Assembly (NCBI RefSeq): GCF_001194135.2
Contig: NC_068994.1
Coordinates: 45,670,323 to 45,723,702, forward strand
DNA from: Octopus bimaculoides
Taxonomy: Eukaryota
Reading direction: 5' to 3'
Length of the DNA: 53,380 bases
Both the position numbers and the translations under genes were made by a program. Of the stretch, positions 1-12,946 are shown in pieces; position 1 is the first letter of the stretch, and the number at the start of each line of letters is the position of its first letter. A model generated the notes under the pieces. That model had not been told where the DNA came from and made no database searches. It saw nothing but the letters and a program-made list of their open reading frames with translations.

Positions 1-335
1 AGCCATGTGTTAAGAGGAATGCTTTGGGGTTTGAATAATTCACCTTTGGAAACATGGGTGTTTTGCTCAACATCCTTAAACAAACCTTATTCAGGGACCT
101 TTTGAGTGGGATGGGCTACTCGACCTGAAGAAAATTCTAACTGGGCCCCACCTGCGAGGACATGCGCTGTTTATCTTGATAAGAGATCACCATGTCGCGC
201 ACATATGTTTGTGATGCATGTGCCTGGTGTACCCTTATCAGACGGGTTGTCATAATGGGTATACTGTGCTTCGTATATTTGTATCCCAATGTCACTTTGA
301 TGGCATGCTCTGCTCGCTCACTGAAAAATAATAAT
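1..335 (+). mobile_element. Probable 3' end of a dispersed retroelement ending in an (AAT)n-like tail
   Basis: Non-simple, relatively GC-balanced block ending ...ctcactgaaaaataataat. It resembles a common octopus repeat 3' end (recollection, unverified) and has no second copy in this window. Confidence 0.4.
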
Positions 336-1288
336 TATACGCTTTCCACAAATTATATAGATTAGAAAATTCAGTAAAATCTGACGTAAGTTAGGTGTGT
401 TAACGCATTAAAAGATATGAAATTGTAAATACGGCAAAAAGAACACGAGAAAGCAAAGGAAGTGAGTAGAATAACCGGCCCATGAGTAGAATATCTCTTG
501 ATTGCTAGATAACATCAAAAGAATTACTGCAGATTTCAGTAGCTAATCGGGAAGAGTGGTGGTGAATAAACAGATATAGCCCTTAGTTGCATCTTCTTTG
601 ATGCAGACATACAGCAAATATAATAGAAAAAAACACTCACACGTACATCTACCATTATATACGCTTATATGTGTGTGAATGGGTGTATATTTATACATGT
701 AAATATACTTATATAAATACGCAAACATATTTTTGTATTTACAGGCATACAATTTTCATGCGTACATATCGACTCCTAGATATACACATACACACGCACA
801 CACACTCACACACATACATGCACACACACATATATATGTGACATTCTGCTTCTATGTGTCTGTGTGTGTTTGTGTGTGTCTGTGTGTGTGTGTATGCATT
901 CTCTTTTTAAGTATTTGAAGTCTTCCTATAAGGAAGAAGCTGGTTTTTAGCTAAGTTGCATATTTGTAATGAAGATAACAAAAGCAATGTCACACACATT
1001 ATGAACGTGAGAAAAGTCTTACATGCTTTAACTGTTCCACTTATATGGATTTTATTTGTAATGTGCGTGTCAGCTGGCTGATATCTTTTCCTTAAAAATC
1101 CAATATTTCCAGATTGCAATTTCATATTTACTAAGAGACTATGTGCACTACTTATTATTGGTATACATATGAATTTGTAATCTGAGTACGCAGCGGTTTC
1201 GATGAATTTGTCCATATTTATCCTCTCCCAATCTGATTTTCGAAAACGGTACATGCCTTGCGTATGCATGCATATGTGTATGTATGTA

Positions 1289-1348
<60 letters not shown>

Positions 1349-1482
1349 NNNNNNNNNNNNNNNNNNNNNNNNNNNNNNNNNNNNNNNNNNNNNNNNNNNN
1401 NNNNNNNNNNNNNNNNNNNNNNNNNNNNNNNNNNNNNNNNNNNNNNNNNNNNNNNNNNNNNNNNNNNNNNNNNNNNNNNNNN

Positions 1483-1519
<37 letters not shown>

Positions 1520-1678
1520 ATATATATATATATATACACACGTATATATATTGTATTCTTTACGCGAAACCGATTGGTAAGACCAGCAGCGATGGATACT
1601 TAATACTATACATTTCGGATAATATATATATGTGTGTGTGTTTGTGTGTGTATGTGCGTATGTGCGCGCGCGTGTGCA

Positions 1679-1829
1679 TGTATAGCGACTGAGAGTGCAC
1701 CTACTTTGCTAGAAAAAGTCAAAGACGCTTATAGCCACAAACATAGACTTATGCTCTGTTTATGGCTATAAGCGACTTTGAATTTTTCTAGCAAAATAGG
1801 TGCTCGCATACACCCTCAGTCACTATACA
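1679..1829. mobile_element. Foldback/MITE-like element (imperfect inverted repeat, ~70-bp arms, ~7-nt loop)
   Basis: Left arm gcacctactttgctagaaaaagtcaaagacgcttatagccacaaac pairs with right arm gtttatggctataagcgactttgaatttttctagcaaaataggtgc. Outer tatagcgactgag/ctcagtcactata also pairs. Sits in microsatellite flanks. Confidence 0.7.
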
Positions 1830-2603
1830 CACACACACGGGGACACACACGGACACACACACGCACAAACGCACACGCACACAAATACACATGCACAAAT
1901 ACAAAAAACATGATTGAACGACAGACGTTTGAATTATGAATGTTGCCACTATACATTCTACAGAGAACTTCTTCCGACATGACTTTTTTCGTCATCGAAA
2001 ATATCGATAACCCAGCGATAAGTCCGACACTTTGGCAGACGACAGTTTACGAATTTTACTTTGCTATAGTGTCTGGTCGAACACAGCTTTTATGGCGAAC
2101 CTACTTAATTGAAAGCAAGACTAAAGTCCGAAGCTAACTATGAAGCGTAATAAATTCAATTGAACTATGACTATAACGTGTTTTGTATTAAAATATATTA
2201 GTTTTGTAGATGAATAATTTATTTCATTTATCAAAAGTGAACACAAATGAATTCCGTGTACATAACTTGCTCATTTATTTGAGATCTACACGCAGATGAA
2301 GTATGATTGACATTAAAAAAGGGTGGGAGAAAGGAAAAAGGGCAAGTAGGAGAAAAATGTCCATAGTGCAATCAACTGTTTATTCAAAATTCGCACAGTA
2401 CGGTTTTCTTATCAATATTAATTTATCTTAATAGATGACAAGTTGCCGTTAACTGATTTTACACCGTTCATGCACAAACACACACTCACAATCATACATA
2501 CATATATACATGCACACACACACACTGTCCAGTTTCAATAAAATGTTTTATGTACATGTGTGTGTATATAAATGTATATATTTATATATATAGATACATA
2601 CAT

Positions 2604-2644
<41 letters not shown>

Positions 2645-3214
2645 AATATATAAGTAATTATATATATATATATATATATATACATACATACATACATATA
2701 AATGTACATACATGCATATATATAAATATATGTGTGTGTGTGTTTGTCCAAACACACACACACAGATATATATATATATATAGAAGAAATTCATGGAAGA
2801 TATTCATTTCAGTCTATTCATATTGATTTATATATAATATATGTGTGTGTGTCTGTGTGTGTGTAACGTGTTTTTATTTGAGGCATCTCAGCCATTCTGA
2901 GCACGCATATGTATCCGAAATGCGATATAGGCTTCTACACCGCAACATCTAAGGGGAAAATTTGATACAAAATAACTGGAAGTCCTTGTAGTTGACTTTC
3001 AGGTGAAGAGAGCAGAATGCACGCATATATGCGCAGAATATGCTAAAAATGTGTTAAATTCTGAGCAACTATTCAACTATTTTCTCTTAGCTTCAATATT
3101 AACGTCTTCCGTCTAAGCATAGACGAACCCCATACAAATATTCTTCAGCTATTGATTACAAACCGAAATATCGAATGTACTTTAACCTTCTGATTTATGG
3201 TGTCTAAGACCCGA

Positions 3215-3554
3215 CCACGTCAGTAAGAGACCGTGTCCTTAATGTGACTTTGTGCACCCTGACACTGCATGCAGAATTGTTTTCGTTTGTGAGCTGAAAT
3301 ATCCTCACAATGGTCCCACGCTGTTTACTCGAAGGAGTGCACGGTTGAGCCACGACTATTGATTCCTAACAACGTTAGTAACCCGTCACGTGACTCAACC
3401 ACGTTTGTTAGAGACCGTGTCCTTAATGTGACCTTCCATACCATGATGCTGCATGCAGAATTGTTTTCATTTGAGAGCTGAGTTGTCCTCACAATGGTTG
3501 AACGCTGTTTACGCGAAGGAGGGCACGGTTGAGCCACGGTTATTGATTTCAAAC
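3215..3554. repeat. Diverged tandem duplication, period 184 bp, 2 copies
   Basis: gagaccgtgtccttaatgtgac at 3227 and 3411. ctgcatgcagaattgttttc, tcctcacaatggt and cacggttgagccacg each recur at the same offset. Confidence 0.9.
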
Positions 3555-4464
3555 CAAAATATCGCATGAGTGTTGTTCTCAAGCGCTTTCTTCCCAATGC
3601 CGACTCCCCCACTTACCACATCATTTCTTTCATATAGATTTCTCTGATGTGGTGCTTAATTTATCACATAGAGGTAGTTCCTATGTTTGCTAATTGTTCA
3701 GCGTGGTAGCGGCAGCGCCGATAACTATAAAAGAGAATATGTACACAGAGAGCTTTTTGATGCGTTCAAAAATCACATACCCACTACCCACTTTCTACGA
3801 CAACGTTAGGGCCTGGAATCTTCCAAACTTACGCGTCACATACTACTTAGACGAATTAGCCCTTCACTACTCCACAGATGTTTCGTCGTCAATGCTGCAC
3901 TTCCCCATATCACATATTTCAACTTAACTGTATCATATACACAAACTATGCCATTTAAATCCCGAGCAACGACGGATATGTCTGCTAGTGAATAATAAAT
4001 TAAACTGCACAAGATCAATATCTAGCTACAAGTTAAAAGTAAATGAATAGATTAAAGAAACAAGAGAATGACATCGACTTCAGGCTATGAAATCAGCACA
4101 AAAGAAAGAATTAATTATATATCTTCAGATTCCACAATTGTTGCGAAGACGGAGTGTATCATTCATAGACATGACCGGATTGGCAGTTGTGTTCATTTGG
4201 TTAATATGCCGACACTTTGATTATAAAATCTGAGAATAAGTGGTACATGCATGCAAAAGAATTGTCAAAGATAAAGCATACGCCCGTCCAGGTTCGCATG
4301 AAGATCAAAACATCACTGAGATGTAATGATGAAAGGAATAAAAGTCTATGTACTTTGATTGATATTCTGATAAAAAAAAAATATATCGTACGAAAAGAAG
4401 TAAAAGAAGAAAAAAAACAACAGACACATGAATAATGTTAATATCAATATTAATTGGAACATTA

Positions 4465-4684
4465 AGGCGGGAAACCAGCAGAATCGTTAGCACGCCGGGT
4501 AAACCGCTTAACAACATTTCGTTCGTCCTTACGTTCTGAGATAAAATTCCTCGGAGGTCGACTTTACCTTTCGTCCTTTCGCGGTCGATAAAATAAGTAG
4601 CGGTTGGGTACTGAGGGTCGATGGAATCAACTTATCCACCTCCACAAAAATGCTGGCCTTGTGCCAAAATTTGAAACCAGTATT
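4465..4684 (+). mobile_element. SINE-like family A copy
   Basis: gaatcgttagcacgccgg ... ttctgag..aaattcc..gaggtcgacttt.cctttc.tcctttcg.ggtcgataaaataagta ... gctggccttgtgccaaaatttgaaacc, shared with several other copies in the window. Confidence 0.85.
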
Positions 4685-4697
4685 AATTGGTACACTA

Positions 4698-4912
4698 AGG
4701 TGGTGAGCTGGTAGAATCGTTAGCACGCCGGACGAAAAGCTTAGTAGTATTCCGTCTCTCTTTATGTTCTGAGTTCAAATTCCACCGAGATTGACTTTGC
4801 CTTCCATCCTTTCGGAGTAGATAAAATAAGGTCTAGTTGAGTACTAGGGTCGATGCAATCGACTAAACCCCTTCCCCGAAATTGCTGGCCTTGTGCCAGA
4901 ATTTGAAATCAG
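4698..4912 (+). mobile_element. SINE-like family A copy (head-to-tail with the previous one)
   Basis: aggtggtgagctggtagaatcgttagcacgccgg ... ttctgagttcaaattcc ... gctggccttgtgccagaatttgaaatc. Confidence 0.85.
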
Positions 4913-5249
4913 TGTTAATCCAATACACTGAATAATGTAAATAATGTAAATTGATCTATGCTTGTTTCGGTGATGACTATTTAATCGCTCGGTTAACAGC
5001 TCCCTACACGTTGAATTAACATATACGTAGTTGAATGTTTCATAGGCAGAAACGTCGAGCATTAGCGTAATATTCAAATACGGTCAAATACGGTTAAAAA
5101 CACTGCACAGGAAAGTAACGGCAATGTAATCTAAAATACCTCCCCAAAACTCTCAAAAGCAATTCTACCTACACCCCAAGGAGACGTTTGGTAAAAACAA
5201 TATGGGCATATACATGTATGTGTATATGCATGAATGTATCTTTATATTT

Positions 5250-5448
5250 GTGTTTGTTACTCTGCCGACGCTTGTCAGCAGGTTTTAATTTGTTTACGTC
5301 CCGCTAGCGATTCGGTAAAAGAGATCTGTAGAAAAAATACCACGTTAAAAAATAAGTACTAAGAAAGATTTGTTTGACTAAACCCTTTAAATCAACGCTC
5401 TTAGCTTTGGTCACAGTCTAATGATTAAAACAAATAAGACATAAAAGA
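5250..5448 (+). mobile_element. SINE-like family B, decayed 3' half
   Basis: cgcttgtcagc..tgtttacgtccc..tagcgattcggtaaaagagatc..aataagtactaag..ttgtttgactaaaccc matches 51130-51325. Confidence 0.6.
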
Positions 5449-6419
5449 TATGTAATGTTATTATATATGCTACCTCACCATTGATGGCTATTTAAAATAA
5501 ATTTTGTAAATATTCAATCTTTTCTTTCAATCTTTAAAACGACAGATATAAACTCACTTTTATATAGAAAGGTAGTTTATCACCACCAATATTCGAGGTC
5601 CGATCTGGTATCTATTCTTAATGAATGATAGGTGTTTGATATTATCTAGAGTGAAGTATTGGAAAATTAAGATCAAGTGAGATTATCCAAGCAATTAAGC
5701 AGCGCATATGTGTGTGCATATGTGTGTGAGTGTCTATGTGTGAGTGTATATATATATGTCTACATATGAATATATGTTTGCGCACACACAGACACACACA
5801 CATATACATGTATACATACACTAACAAAAATTCTTGCAAGTAATTTTTTATATTCACTAATTACATGTGTATACGTACATAGGTAGGTATGTATTTATCT
5901 ATGTATTTGTATATGTTTATGTAAATACGGGTGTTAGTATGAATGTGTGTATAATATACACCTATAATCACATATATATATATATATATATAAACATATA
6001 TATATATANNNNNNNNNNNNNNNNNNNNNNNNNNNNNNNNNNNNNNNNNNNNNNNNNNNNNNNNNNNNNNNNNNNNNNNNNNNNNNNNNNNNNNNNNNNN
6101 NNNNNNNNNNNNNNNNNNNNNNNNNNNNNNNNNNNNNNNNNNNNNNNNNNNNNNNNNNNNNNNNNNNNNNNNNNNNNNNNNNNNNNNNNNNNNNNNNNNN
6201 NNNNNNNNNNNNNNNNNNNNNNNNNNNNNNNNNNNNNNNNNNNNNNNNNNNNNNNNNNNNNNNNNNNNNNNNNNNNNNNNNNNNNNNNNNNNNNNNNNNN
6301 NNNNNNNNNNNNNNNNNNNNNNNNNATATATATATATTAACATATGTTATAAACATTGATATACACACTATTAGATCAATATTTTAGATACAACAAAAAT
6401 TCTGGTCTTTTGGCCGCCG

Positions 6420-6610
6420 ATATATTGCCATAAATGTCTTAACTGTAGATACACGATACTCTATAAATACATTTTAATTAAATTTAATGCTAAGTAAAAA
6501 TAGCATAAGTTGAGAAGCTCAGATTTAGAATGCCCATGTATATACAAGCATTCATTACTTCCAAAATCGAAAGATGATTGATCCTTCGTCTGTCTCGACG
6601 ATGAATATTT
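6420..6610 (+). repeat. Dispersed repeat, diverged direct copy of 9020-9210
   Basis: atattgccataaatgtc..tacacgatactctataaatac..atttaatg.taagtaaaaatag..gct.agattt.gaatgcc.atgt is shared. Confidence 0.8.
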
Positions 6611-6894
6611 AGTTTCATTTTTTCATTAATTTTATTTTAGGTTATTGAATTTCTAATTATAAAACTAATGTCTATGTGGCTTATTGCTCGAAAGATAGGT
6701 GTACTTTTAGCGCTGAAGTCAAGTCGAACCATTGCCGCACTCTGGCAAGGCTGCGCCGTTTGTCGTTGAAGAACAAGTACAATTCTGATAGATGCGTAGA
6801 TAGAGAAAGATAAAAAGAGAGAGAAAGAGAGGGGGATAATGAAAAGTTCCTTATTATTGGGATATTTTATCTGTCAAACCCAAACTGTAAATGA

Positions 6895-6995
6895 TGATGT
6901 GAACTACTTTGCTGAGGTTTGAACTCTGAGAGCAGAAACAAGTACAGCAACGCTTTCTACCCAATGCCCTAACGATTCTCTCTCTGCGCCACATT
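6895..6995 (-). mobile_element. SINE-like family A, decayed 5' fragment
   Basis: gaggtttgaactctgag ... ccctaacgattct is the reverse complement of the family A head. Confidence 0.5.
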
Positions 6996-7029
6996 ATAGT
7001 GCAAGATAGTAAAAAAGGTAAACGTAATG

Positions 7030-7915
7030 AGGGGTTTCGGTCACTGATGATCTAAACCAATAGGTACGCTGCATAATTTCGTCATCCGTTAGGTTCCAAG
7101 GTCACAACTGAGGCTGGAACTCGAAAAGGAAAGCAAAAACCAATATTTTATTCTAATTTTTAACTTTCAATTCTAAATATATTCCCTCTCCTTAAGTTAG
7201 GCATCAATTTCTACCATTTTAGTTCTCTTTACCAACCGTTGAACTAAAGTTAAAAACATCCTTTCGATCACGCTGAACCTAGAATTCATCTATGAATTTT
7301 ATTACCCTTTAATAACCATAAATGCCTTCCTCCTCCACTTTACCAAAAACTTAACCCCTGACCTGTCACCCCGAACCTACCATAACAAAGAATAATGCCG
7401 GCCTTTTACCTTTAACTTTATTTTTATTTTACATTCGCTCTGATTCTTTTTATTTCCATTACTTATCCTATTTACTCTCTTTACATTTTTATCGTTATCT
7501 TCATTCCCACAAATTCTCTCTTTCTTTTCTCTCTTCTCCTCACTCACTTTCCACCACTTCCTCCTTTCTCTCTGATCTATCTGTCTACCATGTTGTCTGC
7601 CTCTCTCACATTATATACCCGCGTGGAACATCTTTCTTACACGCTAACTGCTTGATTTATTCCTTCAATCTGAATGCAACATTCAAAATACCTGGATACC
7701 TGGATTTGCCAGGGATTATATTTAAGGGGATATAACTTCATGGAAGAACGGACCAACCTCCATACCCTCTGGAACAAGATGAACTTTATTCTCCTGTCCT
7801 CATTCTTCTATCTACAGTTTTATTGTTATATAGACTGTGAATTCTCTGCATACACAGTGTATGGGGATGTTGACCCATCACCTTGGATATCCCAAAAACA
7901 GCTGTAAGACATTAA
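7030..7915 (+). mobile_element. Possible highly decayed Penelope-like element 3' end
   Basis: Weak protein echoes (RKGKQKPIF, LGINF..F) of the GIY-YIG C-terminus, a pyrimidine-rich tail and aaaacagctgtaag resembling a GAAA-palindrome-UH hammerhead end. Motif recall only. Confidence 0.2.
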
Positions 7916-8040
7916 TTACTTCTACTCTACTTTTTATTCACCTTACTCTAATAAAATATTATAAATGATTTGAGATACTCGTCCTGCCTTGGTTTTGTTT
8001 GCCTTTTCCTTTAACACATACATACATACATAGATACATG

Positions 8041-8074
<34 letters not shown>

Positions 8075-8655
8075 NNNNNNNNNNNNNNNNNNNNNNNNNN
8101 NNNNNNNNNNNNNNNNNNNNNNNNNNNNNNNNNNNNNNNNNNNNNNNNNNNNNNNNNNNNNNNNNNNNNNNNNNNTATATATACATATATATATAACATA
8201 TATTTATGTATATATGCGAACGCGGAACGATGTCTTTCTCAAAGCAAGCTACTCAATCGTACAGTAAAGACAACCATACAGTGAGGCCTTTTTCCATAGG
8301 ACCAGATGACCGGGGACCATACACACAGCAACAAACACATACATAAACACATAGGACATTTCATGAGAAGTGACCCCGTATTTATAGACACTGAACTCAA
8401 TATTTTACGACCAGGAATTTTTCCCAAGCGCAGTTATCTATTGACATTTAACAAAATGCACAAAACTTTAATGCCTATGAGACGAAGCATACATAGACAT
8501 AACACACACACACACACACACAAAGATACACACCGTTACGAATATACACGTACATACACGACACCACTCCTATTTAACAACCAGACCCTTTCATACATAT
8601 ATGTGTGTTTGTGTGTGTGAGGATATGTTTATATGTATATACGCCACATCTATAG

Positions 8656-8725
<70 letters not shown>

Positions 8726-9019
8726 GGTATATATATATATATATGTATACACACAGAAATATATATAACACATGTAAATATTACATATATAGCATATATG
8801 GATATGTAGATATATACATATATAAACATAAATATGTATATACACACATATCTGTCTACATATTTGCGTAAATAGATAAATATAAATACACATGTACACA
8901 CAGATATGCATACATACAGATGTGTGTATGTGTGTGTGTGTGTGTGTGTAATCACATACATATTGTATAAAATCAGTATGGCAGTTACAACGATAACTTT
9001 AGTCTCTGCTTGCTGCTGT

Positions 9020-9210
9020 TATATTGCCATAAATGTCACAACTTCGGTTACACGATACTCTATAAATACTCTTTATTTAGATTTAATGGTAAGTAAAAAT
9101 AGAAGACTTTGAAGAAATGCTTAGATTTGAGAATGCCAATGTTTACACAAGTATTCGAACTTAAAAACCAAATGGATCTTCCGTCAGTTACCAAGATGAC
9201 TATTCTAGTT
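9020..9210 (+). repeat. Dispersed repeat, diverged direct copy of 6420-6610
   Basis: Same shared blocks as 6420-6610. Confidence 0.8.
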
Positions 9211-9489
9211 ATTCGATCGACTGAACTCTCTGCTGATTAAATCGTTATGTTATTGGTCGCTGAGAACTGTATCCCATGGTGCATCTGAATCGGAATAAGT
9301 ATTATAATTATGGAGAAGATTGACGCATTGAATTACAGGTACTATCCAGAGGACGTCATTCCACGTGGTATTCTTTTACCCAGTTTCTTTGACAAGGTTT
9401 TTGAGGGAAACGAGGCGCTGGTGAGAGACAGTTGCAGAGAATATCGCTCAGTGAAGTCGCATCCTGAATCCTACGAGAAAGGCAATAAT

Positions 9490-10075
9490 GAAGATTAGCG
9501 ACGGCAAACGTAACGGTGAGAATCCAGGTCAGGAAAGGTAATGGTTAAGATTAGCGTCGGAAACCCACTACTGAAAATTAGCACCGGGAAATGCAACGGT
9601 GAAAATTAGCATCGGTAATGTTAATGATGAGTGTCAGGACAAGCAATAATTAAATTTCGTATCGAGACCTGCAATAATAAGGATTTACCTCATGCAAAGA
9701 TTATGGTTTTTGAAGATAAAATCTTAGTTGAAAGTTATACGTGGTACATCCTCCATGGAAAGCAAACGTGAAGATTAGGGTCAGGAAATGTAATGGTAAG
9801 TATTAGAGCTGCAATGATAAAATCTACAGTCGGATATATCAACGGTAAACAATCCTGTTGATTTAAGAAGGTTGCGAAGTCGAGCGATGAAAAGGGCAAC
9901 AATAACGATTATCTAAGAGAAAGGCAAGCATAAAGATTACAAATGCGAAAAGTAATGATAGATATTAGCGTCAGCAAAGGCAGTAATAAAGATTAATGTT
10001 AGAAGAAGTATAAGTAAAAAAAATGGCGTCGGGAAAAAGAAATATGAGAGACTAGCGTCGAGAAATGCTGCGGTA
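9490..10075. repeat. Degenerate ~28-bp tandem array (consensus approx. gaagattagcgtcgggaaatgtaatggt)
   Basis: Consecutive units start at 9490, 9518, 9546, 9573 and 9601. Recognisable units recur at 9770, ~9960 and ~10048. Confidence 0.7.
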
Positions 10076-10568
10076 AATATTATCACGAGATAAACAGTGT
10101 CAGCGATGAGCGTCGGGGAAAAAAAATGCGAGCGTAAGAAATAACGCAAAGAAGTGCAGAGGTGAAAATACGTATAAGGAAAAGTAATAGTAAAAATTCA
10201 TACAACGCCCGGATGAAGGGGAATCTGCGTGAGATAAATTTTCCGAACGAAACTGGCCAAGACAATTTATATGGATACTTAGAATTTGATTTCCATACAC
10301 AGAACGGAATATTTCTTGCCCCCTTTCATTGATGAGAATTCAAACATGAAGCAGTATCTGATATGGATCTGATTTAATTTCATCTTTAAAGGGTAAAAAT
10401 CGATACGAATTTAACCACTGCGATATAACGTGATCTGCAACGAACAAACATCAGAACTGATGCTCATTTTAGCGTAAGTATTGGGAAATTGTCCGCAAAC
10501 TATTCCATGTCAAAAATGTGACAGAACTGTTTTCCAATCAAATGCTATTTATCACGAACACTCGCATG

Positions 10569-10588
10569 TATGTGTGTATGTGTGTGTG

Positions 10589-10678
<90 letters not shown>
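10569..10678. repeat. (TG)n microsatellite
   Basis: Direct reading. Confidence 0.95.
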
Positions 10679-10681
<3 letters not shown>

Positions 10682-11040
10682 AACTGGGAGATTTTGTTTA
10701 AGGAAACGCTTCCTGCAACAGTTGTCCCTGAACGAGCACAAATTGTGATCTGTGTCGTGGATATTGATGGACGATTATAGCGATGACTACCAATACTTCT
10801 GCTGCTGCTGATGATGATGATGATGCTACTGCTATTACTACTACTACTACTACTACTAGTCATATAATATGCGTATGCGAAACGGAGTCGCAACGAACTC
10901 GTTGAGACTGTATCCATATTCGGTTCGCCACGAGTGCCTACCTTTACACTCAATGATGATTGCCTCTGCTTTCTGTCTGAGTCTGTCTCTGTCTGTGTGT
11001 CTGTCTGTCTGTCTGTCTGTCTATCTGTCTCTCTTTTTTC

Positions 11041-11099
<59 letters not shown>

Positions 11100-11736
11100 G
11101 ATTCAGTTGTATTAGGTGCTTAAGTTGAGGCACCAAGTCAGTCCAGTGTTATCCTCACAGCCCGAAGTTAGGTGAATAAAAAGCAAATAAGTAACAAAGA
11201 TGTCCAGTTATCAGTGCATTACGGCCGCTTAAAGCGTCTCCCTTTAATCGATCACTGAAAACATTACATCAATTTGAAATAAACCGCTGTCCTCGGACGA
11301 GGAGAGGAGAGTGGTTTAGAATTTATTAACACCACATCAGGGACCCGTCACTTCTATTCACAGACAAGTAGTAGCTATTTGAGGATTACACAGTACTCGG
11401 AAAGAATTACGTTATCTAAAAAATATTGCTTTTATCGTAAGGAACAGAGCTTTGATTAAGGGCTACTAAATATTAACTGTATTTCGATAAATTAGTTTAA
11501 ATATTTTTCGGGGTGTGTAGATAAAACTTATAAGATGTGCACGTAGCCAAAATTACAGGAAATCTCTATCGTTTCATCAAAGCCACGGACTCGTAAAGTT
11601 ACCATACGTTTCCACTTATCGTATTCCTGCATGGTGCTTCTAGTAATATATAAATGCATAGAAATGGAAGAAGGAATCTGACAGAAACACAGGTACTGTG
11701 TTTGATGGAACGATTTTTATATTGCTGGATATATTG

Positions 11737-11752
11737 ATAGACAGACAGACAA

Positions 11753-11793
<41 letters not shown>
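11737..11793. repeat. (GACA)n/(GATA)n microsatellite
   Basis: Direct reading. Confidence 0.95.
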
Positions 11794-11794
<1 letters not shown>

Positions 11795-12371
11795 TCATTC
11801 TACCTAACTATATATCTCTCTCATTCTCTCTACATATATATGTATGTGTGTATTTATACACACATCTACGTATAGATACAGATATAAATAAGTAAATGTA
11901 AATAGATTATATGCATTTATTATATGTATTATGCACATATTATATGTATATATTCATATATGCAAGCATATATAATTCATATTTGTGTGTGCGTGTGTGT
12001 GTGTGTATGTGTGTGTGTGTGTGAAATGTTAATAATCAGGTTGTTAAAATATAAAATTTTAAATAATATGCATTTACTAATGAAAAGATTCAATACTTTT
12101 AGTAGAATCAAATTTATTATACACATTGTATAGACAGGAATTTTAAGTTTTGCCTCTAGCATCTCATTCAACATCTGATCAAAATACAGTGTATATATTT
12201 ATACAAGAAATGTTCATAAAGAGGGAATGTGTATATAGAATTGTTGGGAACTAACGTTGTTGCGAGAGGATACTGGTAAATTATTTTGAATTCAGATAAG
12301 TCTGTGAATGAAATTTCAAGAACGGTTTTTTTTTATATATGCGGTATAAATAAGAAAAGCAAAATGGAATC

Positions 12372-12456
<85 letters not shown>

Positions 12457-12567
12457 TTTATAAACAATAATTATAATAATAATAATGAAAAGAAGAAGAA
12501 GAAGAAGAAGAAGAAGAAGAAGAAGAAGAAGAAGAAGAAGAAGAAGAAGAAGAAGAAGAAGAAGAAG
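12372..12567. repeat. Compound (AAT)n-(AAG)n trinucleotide microsatellite
   Basis: Direct reading. It explains the poly-N/poly-K ORF 12286-12579. Confidence 0.95.
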
Positions 12568-12946
12568 AGAAAAATGTAGAAGAACCAGTAAAAATTGAAA
12601 AACACTGTAGAAAATAAATAAAAAAAGAGACGAAGAATAAGGTAGACCAGAAGAGAAAAAAATATATGGCAAAGAAACTAGGGGAAATAATTTATAGAAA
12701 ATAATTTAATATTTGCTAAGTTACATGAACAGTGAAAAGGGGGGGGGGGCCTTTGAAGCAGAGTGGTCGAATAGCTTATGAGGTGTTNNNNNNNNNNCTT
12801 TGAAGCAGAGTGGTCGAATAGCTTATGAGGTGTTTGTGTGAGTGTGTGTATGTGTGAGTGTGTGTATGTGTGAGTGTGTGTATGTGTGGGGTGATAATTT
12901 ATGTGATAAAATGGTGCGCGTGCTAATAACACACACACACATACAT

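Noticed and set aside
9310-9498. 62-aa ORF MEKIDALNYRYYPEDVIPRG...
   Set aside because: No recognisable domain or convincing exon structure, and it runs into the 28-bp array
12286-12672. Poly-Asn/poly-Lys and poly-Leu/poly-Ile ORFs
   Set aside because: Translation of (AAT)n and (AAG)n microsatellites
12751-12834. 37-bp direct repeat flanking a 10-N gap
   Set aside because: Identical sequence on both sides of a 10-N spacer is an unmerged contig overlap (assembly artefact)
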